From assembly GCA_964252035.1 (NCBI GenBank), contig OZ176203.1: DNA of 64,000 nucleotides. One strand, written 5' to 3'. Source of the DNA: Podarcis erhardii (lineage: Eukaryota). The number at the start of each line of letters is the position of its first letter. Position 1 is the first letter of the stretch. This document shows, one piece after another, positions 26,341 to 40,149 of the stretch. The notes beneath the pieces were generated by a model. That model was not told the origin of the DNA and did not search any database. It saw only the letters and a program-made list of their open reading frames with translations. A program made the translations under genes and the position numbers.

Positions 26341-28391
26341 ACACACTATAATCAAACATGTATGTTTAGCGAAGTTGATAGATTTATATACAAATTTAAT
26401 TCCTTATAGATATTGCCTAGATAATTATCCCAAAGCTTTAGTCATTCGATTAATTCTGCACTCCATTTTTAAATTAATCTCCACAGTTCCCTTTCAGTTT
26501 GACTACTGATTTTAATATGGCTCCAGAATTTCCTATTGTGCCATACATCTACACTGCTTGACTTACTCCAGCTTCTCTTTCCAAACATGACTGTTTTATG
26601 ACAATATAGGAAATAGGCTTAAACATATTGCATAGGCTAGGCTTAATCAACCTTATTTGATTCAGTAATAAAGGCATAAAGCAGCAAAGTAGTTACAGAG
26701 GTTATATTAAAGATTCCTGTTCCATACTGTGCCCATCGTCTTCAGAACTCTGTAATAGATCTGAAATCAATATTCATGTAGCATCTTAAATTTACCATTT
26801 TACCCTTCTTACAAGCAGCTCCACAGGGCCCATAAAATCAAGTGGTTAAATTTCTTTTAAAACTAGTCAATTATAAATATAGGGCAATTTATTCATTAGG
26901 AAACTACTCAAGAGTTTAGGTTCTTGATTCTGCACTTAATCTTTTGCTACTGATTTCCACACAATCTGTTTTATAACAACAAGCAGCACATTCCGAATAA
27001 GCTATTTCCTCTTGACACAAGTAGCTTCCGTAACAATCTATGACATGCCTACTGAATGTAAAGTAGGAAAAATAATATTGGTTGAAGGCTAGGGAGGAAC
27101 TTGGAGGGGAATTTGGAGAGCAAACTACAAGCCTGTCTGCATTCAATTTTGCATTAACGGGACATGGTTTCTGACACCACATCTTCTATGACTGCTATCC
27201 TAACCATGTCTACTTAGAAATAGGTCAAGTGAATTCAATGGGATTTACTCCCAGGTAAATGAGATTGAAACTACAGCCAAAAAAGCGAGAGGTGCCAGTG
27301 AAGCTCACTGTGCTCAGATCTGGAAATCCTTTCTTCAATGACAAAATGAGCATTACAAGTCTTCCTGAGTTCTTCTTTGCCTCTGATTAAAATTCAGCCT
27401 GGAAAAGACTCTCCTTTCCTCCCACCGACCCAACCAAGGCAGCTCCTACTCTCCAAGACTCTCCTACTTCTCTTTAAACAGTGCCTACAGGACTAGCATC
27501 AGTAGCAGCAGCTGTGCTACTGTGTCAGTACCCCTTGTGCAAAACAACTTTTCCAAGGGCCACCAGAGTGTATGCTAAATTTGGCTTGGCACTTAAAATG
27601 AGACAAGTCACCACCACTAAAAGCAATGTAAGGGGGGGGAATAACTACATGATAGCCTGAAATAATGTCAAACTGTACATAGTTAAATAAAGCACAGTGT
27701 GCACATTTTAAGCTGCCAAAAATACTACTGAGCTCTAGAAACAATTTAACCAAAATGTAAAATATTAATATTAAAAATGTAGTCTTAATGGAAAAAAATC
27801 AAGTGACAGATATTCATGCATTACCACATTTGTTTATGTCAATGAACCATACTTCTTATGAGGCTCTAGAAGAATGGCGGATCAAAGGAAAAGACATCAA
27901 CAGCAGCATCTAGACCAGAAGAAGTGAGGAAGGGTTCAAATGTGACTTTCCTAGCCAGCATGCAGTAAATGAAACAGCAATTTCAATACTGGAAGCACCA
28001 ACTGGAAAAGGCAATCTGCTATACCTCCCAAGACTAGCCTGAATCAAGTTTCAGGAAGCAGTAGATGTGTCAGCTGCAATTCATCAAAAGATTCAAAGGA
28101 CGAGATTCACAGCAGGTTTGTCAAGAGGCAAAGAGAAAAAGATAGCAGAAAAAGGCCCAAAAGGCACAAATGCAAGAGGAACAAGTGAATAAGGAGGACA
28201 TCTCACACTTTGCCATCAATCTACTAAGCTTCTTATTACTCCCACCTCTTTATTATAACTTCTGTTTTTATTATGTTAAAAGTTGCTCAGTCAGATGGAC
28301 AGGGTATAAGTAATTGTTATTTCTTAATACTTTTAACAAAATTACAGAATTTTGTCATGTCAGGTGTTAGCCACTTTTGTCTCTTAATTCA

Positions 28392-28393
<2 letters not shown>

Positions 28394-28424
<31 letters not shown>
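28394..28424. repeat. (GT)n microsatellite
   Basis: Uninterrupted GT dinucleotide run. Confidence 0.97.
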
Positions 28425-28427
<3 letters not shown>

Positions 28428-29422
28428 ACTATACAACGTTATTTTCAAGAAAGACTTAAGAACATGAAGCGGAAAAGTCAGGGAATATTTAGAGTACTTA
28501 AACACATTTCCAAATTGATCTGCATTTTATTTGTGCACTGAAATGGAAGACTAAGAATATTAATATGGCAAGTTTGACATTATAACAATTGATGCAAATG
28601 CTAGTATCTAATGATTAATTCTTACATGCTTCTATCAATGAGAGAACAGAACTATTGTCACCTCTAAGTGTATGTGTAGTTTTGCTTCCTTGCATCTTCA
28701 TAGCATGGACAAAAGAATAAGAGTGCACTTTCAGTCTAATTTACATGGATGTCAATTGTAAGACATTTTCTTAAAATTCTGATGAAATAATTAGAGTGAT
28801 TACAGGTTAGAGATCAAAAGGACAATTCCCAATCTAGGTAAAATTAATTTAAGGTACTATAAACACTTCTGAGCTCCTCCATATAATTCTTCTGGCTGTC
28901 ATTTTCTTCAACTACCATCAACTAGGAGATGTTCTGCAAAAATCAGCCCTGTTCCCTGTCACTATGATCATGTCATATCTTCCTAAGCTACACTAGTTTC
29001 CTGTCTCTTTTCACATAGATGCATAATTTTATTTGTATGCCACCTTTCCACAGTTCAAATCATGCTCAAGGAGTCTTACAACATGAAAAAATATATGGCT
29101 ACAACGTAACAATGGTAGTCATAATATATAAAATATTTAAAAACACACAACCAAGTGGAACGACTTCCACATAAATCATAAGATCTAAAATAAAGATACA
29201 AAAGGCAACAGCAACAAACCCTGCCAACAGAAAACACCACACCCCAGCCCATCAACTTCAAATTTTATATTTGTCAGTTTAAGGCTTATCATATGTCTGC
29301 TCTGTTGGCTCCTTTCTTGTCGCACCATTTCTTGTTCTCAGCATTCAAACTAATTTCCTAGTGTTCCCCCTCTCCAGTTGCTTTTTTCCACTTTTGAACA
29401 CAGTGCTCCTTGTGCTTTAAAC

Positions 29423-29608
29423 CAGGGGTAGTCAACCTTTTTATACCTACCACCCACTAATGCATCTTTCTTGATGGTAAAATTTCCTTACCGCCCACCA
29501 GTCCTCGATGGAAGGAGGATTCAGCTTGTGCCGTAGAACTCCCCACCGCCCACCTAGAATCCTGAAACATCCACTAGTGGGCAGTAGGGACCAGGTTGAC
29601 AACCCCTG
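29423..29608. mobile_element. hAT MITE, 186 bp, complete
   Basis: TIRs CAGGGGTAGTCAACC and GGTTGACAACCCCTG, with a perfect 8-bp TSD CTTTAAAC at 29415-29422 and 29609-29616. Confidence 0.92.
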
Positions 29609-29868
29609 CTTTAAACAGTCACTGTTCCACAGGTAGTGATGGCCACCATCTGAAATGACCTTAAAAGGATCATGGACAACTGTCTTTCAACGATATAGTT
29701 ACAGCCAAGCCACAGCACACCCACCTGAGTCAGATATACCACAGGGCAAGTAAACAGCTGACTCAGCCAAAATGGGGTTTGCAGGTGCCTGCAAGGCCCT
29801 GTGCAAAACTCTCTTCACACAACTTGTCAACCAGCTGATCACTGGATCTTTCAAAGCTCCTGGTAAAG

Positions 29869-30006
29869 CAGCCTTTCTCAACCTGTGGGTCCCCAGATGT
29901 AGTTGAACTACAACTCCCATCACCCCTAGCTAGCAAGGCCAGAGCTCAGGGATGATGGGAGTTGTAGTCCAACAACATCTGGGGACCCACAGGTTGAGAA
30001 CCATTG
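29869..30006. mobile_element. Palindromic hAT-type MITE, 138 bp
   Basis: TTCTCAACCTGTGGGTCCCCAGATGT..ACTACAACTCCCATCA is mirrored by TGATGGGAGTTGTAGT..ACATCTGGGGACCCACAGGTTGAGAA. No clean 8-bp TSD. Confidence 0.85.
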
Positions 30007-30520
30007 TAATGTAAAGCATTCTACAAGGCTGCTGGGACTTGCAGGATACTTTGCAAGGGCCTTTGCCTGCACAGTTTGAATTCAAACTCTGGGTAAAACA
30101 GAATCACCTGACATCATTTAAAACTATTCTTAAAATATAGGATTACAAATTATTCATTACTGTAATAGCAAGGATGACTTATTCAGTTTTGTAAAAAGAG
30201 GCTAGTATTGAAAGGCTAACATATTTTAAATTTTTTAGAATGCATTAATTATGCAATTACTTTGAGTGTTTTTTGATTACATATTAATGTTAATATGATT
30301 ACATACTATGTGTTCCTATTTCAGATATGATTTATTATTAATATAATAAAATGTACAGAGATAAAAATGAAAAACAAACATGCTTAACAAGTTTCCTGAA
30401 TTAGAAATTCACTCAAGAGCATACATTTTTCTTTCAGTGCTAAATGCAGTCCCTACTGTCGCAAACATAAAAGTATGATTTTTCTTTTACAACTATTATA
30501 CCACGGTCCTATGCATGTCT

Positions 30521-30804
30521 AAAGGTAAAGGGACCCCTGACCATTAGGTCCAGTCGTGGCCGATTCTGGGGTTGCAGCGCTCATCTCACTTTATTGGTGG
30601 AGGGAGCCAGCGTGCAGCTTCAGGGTCATGTGGCCAGCATGACTAAGCCGCTGCTGGCGAACCAGAGCAGCGCATAGAAAGACTGTTTACATTCCTGCCA
30701 GAGCAGTACCTATTTATCTACTTGCACTTTAACGTGCTTTCAAACTGCTAGGTTGGCAGGAACAGGGACTGAGCAATGGGAGCTCACCCCGTAGCAGGGA
30801 TTCA
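30521..30804 (-). mobile_element. Sauria SINE, 5'-truncated copy
   Basis: Colinear with 116-465 from AAAGGTAAAGGGACCCCTGACC, but similarity stops inside the B box (GGGATTCA|). About 60 bp of the tRNA head is absent. Confidence 0.9.
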
Positions 30805-32889
30805 CACTGAGCTCAGGGGGGACTTACTCCCATTGAAGTGTGTATAGAATTGCAGTCTTAGTCAACTCTTTTAAATACTGTAAATCTGAATAGCTTGGAC
30901 ACAAAACAGGTTTAGGTTTTTGTTTGTTTTGTTGCTAACTTTTTTATTCCAAGTTCTTACCAGCATGGGAAAGAAGCTAGATCTCAAATTAGAATTCTTA
31001 GTTTCTAAAGATAGGAAATTAAAGTTTGACAACTCCCACCAAAAGCCCAGATTCAACCACAAATGCAACATTTACTACAGAGTGCTTTAGTACTACAACA
31101 GCAGAGAATCTTCTAATTTCTGTGACACCTGTCCTATTAATTGGAAATGTTTCCAATATCCAGATTTATCATCACACAGGTAACTGAGCATGTTATTGTC
31201 CAAGCATATGTGTTATGAATTCTGAAATGATGGACTATCACAAGGCCAGATGTCAGAGATGTTGAAACTGATAATCCATCAGTAATTTTCTATCTGTCGG
31301 AATAGCTCTGACCCACTGAACTAAATAAATATGTTTAATCACAAACTGGTCAACTTATCAAAAAGTGCCATAGGGTAAACAGAAGGTCTTGTCAAACAGA
31401 GGGCAGGCATTGCCTGAACTACAGCTATGCACAGAAGCCTGGCAGGGTACCTTATCTTAATATCTTTACTTTCTGAAATACACAGATAAAAAAATCATAT
31501 TTGAAAATCCTGCATTATTTATAAGGAACTATACCCCAAACAACATGCATTTCTGTAGAGTTTTCCCCATCTTGTGGGAGTGGGGTGGGAAATCAACCAC
31601 CATTTCTTCACAAATCTTTAATGAACACAAATCAAGCAAAATGTTTATGCCTCAGGTCAATGTGAATTAAAAAAAAACAACTGCTCCTAGAAGATACAGG
31701 CCCTCTACACTTGTCTGGATTGTGCCTTGAATCATCTGTTACCTGTTACAGAATGAAATGTGACACGTGCATGACTAAAAATAAATGTCTGATCAAGTGC
31801 TACTACTCCACACACTATCGAAGCATTCTGATGAAAATAATGAAAAAGTAGTTATTCCTCTGAAGTAACATACCAACAACCCAGAGATATTAATGTGTCA
31901 CTATACTGCTGTCCTGTGTTGGCAGCCATGACAGAAAGCTCTTGAACTTGTTTATTCACACTTGTTTAATCCTGTTTCCATACAGTGCCTCACAGCCTTT
32001 GGGGCTGAGAAGATGGATGAAGAGAGCTAAGGCCACAAGGGGTCGGGGTCACAATGTCACTGGATCTCATTAACTACATCACTCACCGCACCAGACACTT
32101 CAGAGGTCAACTCAGCTGAGGACGCTAGGATAGGTGATGAAGGAATGGCTGACACATGCGCTGATTTTTTTTTTTTTAATCCTGCTGTTGATATCACATA
32201 TATTGAAATAAGGGCATTCCCTCAGCTTGCCCTTAATCTGCCCAGTACGTTGGTTCATTTTAACACCAATTGTTTAAAGCTTGTTTCCACATGTCAAAGC
32301 AAAATAGCTGAAAAGCAACAAAAGTACACAAACGGGGGGGGGGGGGGAATCAGGACATAAGACTAGTTTTATAAAGCAGTGTTCTGTATGATTTTTTTAA
32401 AAAAATTTGCAAACCAACTCACCTTTTACCTTTACCTTCCTAGGAGAAACAGAAGTTCAACTGCATAGCTGTGCATGCTCACTCTCTGTCTTTACACATT
32501 AACCCTTGTCTCTCTAATTTAAAATTGGAATGTAAACAAAATAAATAAATAGATGACACACACATACTTTCCCACCGTATTTTAAGGTTACAGAAGACCA
32601 TATGAACACATCTGTTTTTCATATAGGAAAGAGTTATGACAGACAAACTCTCCTGGTTGTTCATTTGTGCCAGTGAGACAGAGTGAACTTGCTGACAAAA
32701 AACTCCCAATGTTGCGATGCTTTTATTAAAAGTTTTATAAAACTTTATATTTTAAATTCTTCAGACACTTAAATGCTCAAAAAGACAGGTCCAATCAAAA
32801 AGAAAAATGCTGAGAAAAAGAAGCAAGGATACAAGGCAATTGGGTTACTGTGCAGCATTTTCTGAAGCTGCTGTCACATGGTAGTTGAA

Positions 32890-33650
32890 GGAAGAACATA
32901 AAAGCCCTGCTGGATCAGGCCAAAGTTCCAATGAGTCCAGCATTCTGTTCTCACAGTGGCTAGCCCACTGCCCATGGAAAGTACACAAGCAGAACCCAAG
33001 CACAATAGCATTCTCCCAGCCTGCAATTCCAAGCTACTGGTATTCAGAGACAATAGTGATCAGCAGGGTGGATGTGCTTACCTGACCTTCCTGTCTCCAA
33101 CATTGTTGTGGCTTACCAGAAAGCAGAGGGGTGGTGGTGAGGTTGGCATGGTGCTCCTGCTAGTACATTTGCACTGCACCAAACTTGCTGCTGCCTCACC
33201 CCTCCATCTCTGCCTTCCAGTAAGCCACTGAGATGCCAGTGACATGAGACCAAACAAGTGCTGCCCCTCTCTGACCACAACAGTTCAGAGCCATACTGCC
33301 TCCTAGAGTGGAGTTGGAACATAAGCCTCATTCTCCATGGATTTGTCTAATCCTCTTTTAAAGACATCTAAGTTGGTAGCCATCACTACGTCTTGAGGGA
33401 GAGAATTCCATAGTTTAACTAAGAACTGTGTAAGTACTTTCACCTGTCCTGAAGTTTCCAAAATTTAGCTATATTGGACGTCCCTGATTTCTAGTATCAT
33501 AAGTGAAAGGGGAAACTGTCTCCTTTCTCCACAACATGCGTAATTTTATACAACTGCATCACATTCCCTCTTGTTTGCCTTTACTCTAAACTAAAAAGTC
33601 CCAAATGCTGTAATGTTTTCTCACTGGGGAGTCCTTCCATACATCCTACT
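32890..33650 (-). mobile_element. CR1 LINE 3' region, interrupted at about 33050-33290 by unrelated sequence
   Basis: GAACATAAAAGCCCTGCTGGATCAGGCC...CACAGTGGC (reverse CR1 3'UTR), then CCATGGATTTGTCTAATCCTCTTTTAAAG...CCATCACTAC...GAATTCCATAGTTTAA...CTAAACTAAAAAGTCCCAA (reverse of LGLFSL in ORF2). Confidence 0.8.
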
Positions 33651-36600
33651 TTACTGAGGACAGCTGCTTATGTGAAGAGCTGTCAAAGGACAGTCCTCTA
33701 TTTGAAGTTGTCACTTATCTGAAGAGCTATTTAAAGTCTGATTTGAAGATAAAGTACCACAAGAAGCAGAAGCAGGGACTTTGAAGCTGCCCATCAACAG
33801 CACCTGGGTAGCAGATAGAACAGGCAAACAGCTTACCTGTTTGCATTATGGTGAGATGTACTGTATTTCTATTTAAATTAAATCATTTGAAAATCTGGAT
33901 CTGCTCATAAAAATTAGCATGTGCAAATTTGAGGCAAACCTTTCCCTTCTTTTCCTGTCTTTTTTGGTGATGCATTGAAGAAAGCTGAAGAAAAAGGCAC
34001 TCACTTCAGGGATGAGTGTTTTCCCCTTGTGGAAATAATTTTTAAAAAATTCGTGATTTTCATAATTTTTTCTGTGCAAATCCCAAATTACCATGCACAT
34101 GCTAGAAAAACACTTGAGTGAATTTAAAGGTTGTCAAGATAAATGGACCATCAGGTTTCCTTTATATTTTGTTACTTTAGCTTTATATAATAAAGCTCTA
34201 TAAATTCTAAAGTTTTTAATCTTCAAGCTCCCCTGACCTTTACACATTTTCCTCTACCAACTTCTAAAACATCTCCCAAATGACAAAGTGAGTTGTAACC
34301 TCCAAAAACCCAAGCCTCAATAAATTTGCTCATCTCCAAGGTGCCATGAGACTTTTATTTTTTGCAGGAACAAATGAACATGGCTACACTTCTGGAAGTT
34401 CTCTTGAATGTTAGTATCGTCAGAACTGACAAGAGATTTCCTTTGTGTATATAAAAATGTTTCATTTAGATAGAAGAGAAGGGGGCAAAAACAATTGATG
34501 GAAGATGGTATAATAGGAAAAACAGCCCTGAGAGTCCAAACTGTTGGGAAAAATCTCATATTAAATACCAAAGGATAGGCAAGTCCTGGGTTTTTTTAAG
34601 CGTGATTTTTAAAAGTGTATCTTATTTTCCACCTCAAATGGAGGAAAAAAAGGAATGCCTAAATATTTAATTAGAACTGTAACTACTTCATTTGTTTTTT
34701 AAGCAAGCACAATCACATTACTTGTTAGTCACTTGTTATCAATAAGCCTACAATACATTTAATAACATAAACATAAATAAACTATGCCATTTTAAAAGTT
34801 CATACAAAACACCTACCATTAAATATATATACACACAAACCAATCCCCAATGAAAATATGGTAAGGATGTTTAAAGCAAACTGTATTTATGCACCATTTT
34901 GAAATCAATAGGTCAGTCATCACATTAGTATCTATGGCTTTAAGACTTAACCCTGCTATTGTTCTCTGTGTCTATTATGTCCAACAAGAAGGAAATATCC
35001 AAGCAAGATGAGGGAAGAAAATATTATGACTGCTTGCTGATGTGTCAAGGCCATTGTCTCTACTTGGACATGGCAGTGCAAGAATATTTAGCAACATGTA
35101 TATCAAAGAACAACAATTCTACTCATTTAAGAGAATACTGTCAAATATTATCTATGGAAGTCATGGTAACGGCACCAGTTCTTTATATAACTCAGATATT
35201 TGCCTGTTACTTACTAGACTGAAACCACTGGCTCCAGTCATTCTGAATACTGAACAGGCATCAGATATTTAATTATTCAAATATTGTGAAGTGACTCCCT
35301 ACATGAAAAATGCAGAAGTTTTCATATCTCTTGAGGTTACAAAAAAGAAAGTGATAGAATTCTACTTTCTATAAACAAAAGTAACTACTAATAATGAAAT
35401 CTCATCAATGTCACCAACTTTACCCCAATGATTTCTGACAATTAGGAGTTCAATGTGCTTTGTTAGTATTTAGATCATGTAGTGTTTTGTAAATGGTTTG
35501 GAGTGCTGCTTCAAATGATTTTTTTTATCTCATCTGACATCATAAATTGTACAACATGTCTGAGGCATATGCCAACAATAGCCAGTATTTTAATTAATAT
35601 TCAAATAGCACTTGCAGGTTTCTATACAGAGAGAACAGAGGTGTGGAAATGCAAATGTGTTAAATAATATGATGTGCTATCTTGATTAGCTATGCTGTTT
35701 TGTCAATTGACTAAAATTAGAAAAATACTGAGCATGCCAAAAGTACAAGGAACAGAGAACAGTAGTAATCAACCTATACAGCATCAGACTGTTAGAATAA
35801 AAATGATATAAGATGCACTATAAGATGCCTAGCTTTAAATACTCTCTCAAGAAGAATATGTAAATTTCAGTAGCTTTCCAAACTGTACAAAAAGTAGAAT
35901 TTCACATAGCATGCCAGCCATGCCTTCTCTACAAAGTGTGAAGAGGATGTGTCTGCATGTGTGCCTCCTGCCTTTCAAACATTACAGAAAATACATAGTT
36001 GGCATGTGGTGAAATGTATTTGCTGTAATCTGAAACATTGTTAAAAATTACACAATCCAAAATATATAGTAGAATAAAAAATATTTCTCAACAAAAATCA
36101 GTGACATTGAAATGGGGCCAGTTCAAGTATGTTTAGCCCAATGATGAATAATTAGCTCATTAAATCACAAAGTTACAGGATCATCCGGCTAATGAAGCCT
36201 GGTTTCATATTACTGAAGTAGTATGTCAGCCATGGAAAACTTCCCACGGTTCAACCCTACTTGCATGGTAATATATAAACTTCTGGTGTAGCATTCATTT
36301 TCAGGAAGTATCCCTTTTCCACATAAAGCATTCATGCTCAAGGCAAGAGCCAAACAACCTTAGGCTGCATGATTTTGCATTCACTCGGTGGTTAAAGGTG
36401 GATGTTCAGAAATGTGAAATCTGGCCTCCAATGCACAAGAGAGATACAACTGTATGTCTGATGTCTCTGCTGAAGCAAACTCATAATTATTTGTTTTTGC
36501 TGTCAGTATTAGTCTAAGAGTGCCACATATTATTACAGTTAGGAAGTTACTGCAGATTCAGTTTTATTAAATATATAATGCAGCTACAATGAATCAGTAC

Positions 36601-36744
36601 AGACTATTAAGTGCACTTGTCCATAGAAAAATAACTAAACAGCATGTAACACCCATCCCCTCCACACAAGAGAAGTACTGCTTTATCCATCCATCCCAAT
36701 ACTGTCTACCCTGACTGGCAGTGACCCTCAAAGATTTCAGGTCA

Positions 36745-37010
36745 CATCTCATGCAAAATGCTTGTGCTTCCCTTTAAAGTCATATGGGTCTTATGACCAA
36801 AGTATCTGAAGGATCACCTGCTACCATATCAATCTAACTCTATAATGAAATCATTTTAATAGGCTCTCCTCTAGTCCCTCAACCATTTAAAGAAAGGTAG
36901 ATGGAGGCCGGGAGAGAAAGGGCCTTCTCAGTGCAGGTGTCTCATTTGTGGAGTTCTCTTTCCAGGGCTGACCCACCCAGCGTCAACATTGTTATCCCTT
37001 TGGCACTGTA
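36745..37010 (+). mobile_element. L2 LINE ORF2 C-terminal/3' fragment
   Basis: TTTAAAGTC...ACCAAAGTATCTGAAGGATCACCTGCTACCATAT...AGGGCCTTCTCAGTG...TTGTGGAGTTCTCT resembles the L2 KAL.GLGP.YL...RAFSV.AP.LWN motif. Confidence 0.65.
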
Positions 37011-39129
37011 TTCCTTTCAGGCAATGTCATTCTTATCGGCAAAACTTTTTATTTCATTTTTTATTTCATAAAATAGTAAAAAAAACAAAACCCTCAAAGG
37101 CTATGCCTTTATATCCTTTATGAAAGGATAGTGCTTTTATTGTATCATAATGCTCTCTTGCTGTCTCTCAATGTGCTATTGTAATAATTTATATTGGTTT
37201 TGTATACTGTGTTGGAAACTCTGCTGAAGGATAGTCTATACATATTTTAAGTGGGGGGGGGGGCGGGCAAATTACCTGAGATGCTAGGAACTGAATCAAG
37301 ATTTTGCTGCATGGAAAGTGTTTGCACTGCCACAAAGCTATGTCCCTCCTACAACGGGTTGCAGTAATGTAACTGCAGAGTATTGCGTAAGCAATCTTAC
37401 ACATTCGGTAAAAAAAAAAATGGTGGTCATGTAAAAAGGGATAATAATAACAGATCCAAAAGCAATATTTCTAACCATATCAAATTCTCCACTCCAACAA
37501 ACTTATTAGATCTACGCTTCCCAAACTCAAAACTTCATTGAATTTACTTAACTGACTCCCTGGAGGTTATCTACTATATTCCAATCTCACCCCTTTTCAG
37601 CTTCACTTCCCATGCTCCTTCAACTCCACTCAAGATAATGTGGTTTGCATAAAGTTGAGTCTTATGAGATCACTCCTTCCTTTCCACAATTCCTGTTTTA
37701 ACTTGCACTTTGAGAAATCTTGATTTTTTTAAAGGTATTTTAGAGATGTAAAATTGTTGCATCTAGCCAGCTAGTATCTATACTTCCGAATCTGAAAAAA
37801 CACACACTGGATTTGGTTTTGCCACATGAATTATACTACAGTATATTTTTATTATTTTTTAAATACTTGGATTTTTAGGTACCTTTGATCAAATTTAATT
37901 TTATCAGCAATCTTATAGGATGGTTAGTCAGTCTATAATATGGTGGGTCTTTTCATCTAATCCTTATATTGGTACAAACTAGAGAGACATGAAACAAGAT
38001 TAGACATATTGTGTGAAAAAAATTGGTTCATGTTTTAGACCGATGCCCTTGCTAAATTCAGTAAATGCCATAATCTCTTATTCTTACAGATAAAAGCATC
38101 AATTTACTCTAGATTTTAAAGCAAACAGAATCATTATGTGTGGAGAGTGGTCCAGAGCTTGCTATTTCAGCAATCTGTGACCTATAAATAATGCAAGACC
38201 ATTTCCTCTCTTTAAATGAAATCAGGCAAGCACCCTGAAAGATGGTGGCCAAAATACAGCCTTTAGCTATATTATTCAGTATCTTGACTAAATTAAAAAG
38301 AAGGTTATTGTTCATTATTTTATCAGCATCAAGCCTCATTTTTTTACTGGAAAAAGTGAATTTATATAAATTGTTTCTAATTTTTAATATACTGTATGCA
38401 AACGCAAAAAGTAGGGAAGCCCTGCTAAATAAGTGACTTGTGTTTTGTTCCAAAAGAAAGGGTAGGAGGGAAATGATCAGTTTTTGCATGACTTTTGACC
38501 TCTGAACCACAACCTTCTTGCTACTAAAGCATTCAACACCTCATTTAATCTCTCTCCTCACTACACTGGCCCAGTGCTGAAAAAAGAAAAGGGAAAAAAA
38601 TAATCTGGGGACTTCATCAATTTTTCATGAATTTTCATTTAGGCCAGAGCCCCCTCTTACAGTGGTCGATAGATCAAGCGGCTGCCTCATATTTAACACC
38701 TGGGGCTACAGCTGCTATCTCTAGTACTGCAACCAACTCTGCCTGGATTAGAGATAGTGCTCTGGATCTGAGTCAGTCTCAGCCAGCGCTAGGCGTTCTC
38801 TCTACTCTAAGTGCAGGTATGAATCTTACCTTTGCAACTTCTTCAAGCTGTGTCTCATGATCGTTTCAACTGGATTTGAGTAAATTAAAGGTACTTATAT
38901 ATCAGTTAATGGTTCAAACAAGTCCTAACCTTATTAAGGTTTATGCAGATTGCTTCTAAACAAATTGCAAATTGCAAATCAAGATATGGATCAATCTTAT
39001 GTTTCATCAAGAGAAGGGTGTTGGAATTGTATAAGAAACTGCTGCAGAAGAGGGACTATGAGTAACATCATGGAAAGAGTATTTCTCTGATTAAGGTGAA
39101 GCTGTGAAGCTCCCTTGTTATTTTTGGCT

Positions 39130-39320
39130 GCATGTTGTTTAAGTCATCTTGTTATATTTATAGTATCAGAATGTGGCTTATTGGTTTGTTACTATATTTG
39201 CTACTGCTTTGCTGTGTAATTATGAAATTGTTTTGCAGTGTTTATTTGAAATGTATTCCTGTTTTCTTTGTTGGAATCTGCCTTGAGTGGCTTGCAAATA
39301 AATTGAATGAATGAATGATT
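39130..39320 (+). mobile_element. L2-like 3' tail ending in (TGAA)n
   Basis: T-rich UTR, CTGCCTTGAG...AATAAATTGAATGAATGAATGA. Confidence 0.55.
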
Positions 39321-40149
39321 TGGCTTGTTTTAATCTCCAAACTGGAATAAAGTTCCTAGATTGACTTTCCCCTTCCTTGGCAGCTCTCAAAGAACCAGAC
39401 CAATCCTCTTGTGCTGCCAGTAGGGTATCAGCTTTCTTCTTTCCCTTTCTTCTCTGTGGTCCTAACATGCTGTGCGGTGCATTATGACTGAAAAAGCGGT
39501 TTACCATTGGGAGTACTTTGGGGACTGAGATTTGGGTGCAGAAGGGTGTTTCTTCATTTCATCAGATTGGCTTGAGAGATAAACTAATGCGTTTCAGATT
39601 TGTTCTAGAAACAAATCTGCTTATTTCTGAGTTATTCTGAGCAGAACTTGGGGCAGTTCACCCTTCTTTTATTACAAGATATGAGCCCCAACTTACAAGT
39701 TATTGAACATATAAAGAAAATAGGGCATAAAGCTTTTGGGACAGGTAGCTTCAGGTGGGGGAAAGGGATAAAATCCCTCTCTGCTATGTCCTGGACCTAA
39801 TCTAGATTAGGGGCCCCATGGCTGTTGTTACTTAAAACAATAAGAGATTAGCAGCCATGGAATTCAAACATGTGTCACTTATGCCTGGTTTTAGTTTTAT
39901 TCATTCTCTTTCAATTAGTAACTATTCCCAGCAACCCTTTCTTTACATTCCTTGCAGCATATTATTTATTTAGCGCCAACAGTCAATTAAGGATATTTTT
40001 TTCCATATTCTACTTACTATTTATTAAGGTTACAATGATATGCACATCAGAGCAAGTTCTGTTGAAATCAATTGAACTTATATCTAAATATATAAACATA
40101 GGACTGCAGAACAAGCTTATCCAAAATTAAGCTGAAAACAAGCAAAAAA

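Noticed and set aside
32418-32440. ACCTTTTACCTTTACCTT as a third Sauria SINE tail
   Set aside because: No SINE body is adjacent, so it is treated as low-complexity sequence.
38109-38510. 133-aa minus-strand ORF and other 60-140 aa ORFs
   Set aside because: These are low-complexity AT-rich translations with no recognisable domains or splice structure, as expected by chance in intronic DNA.
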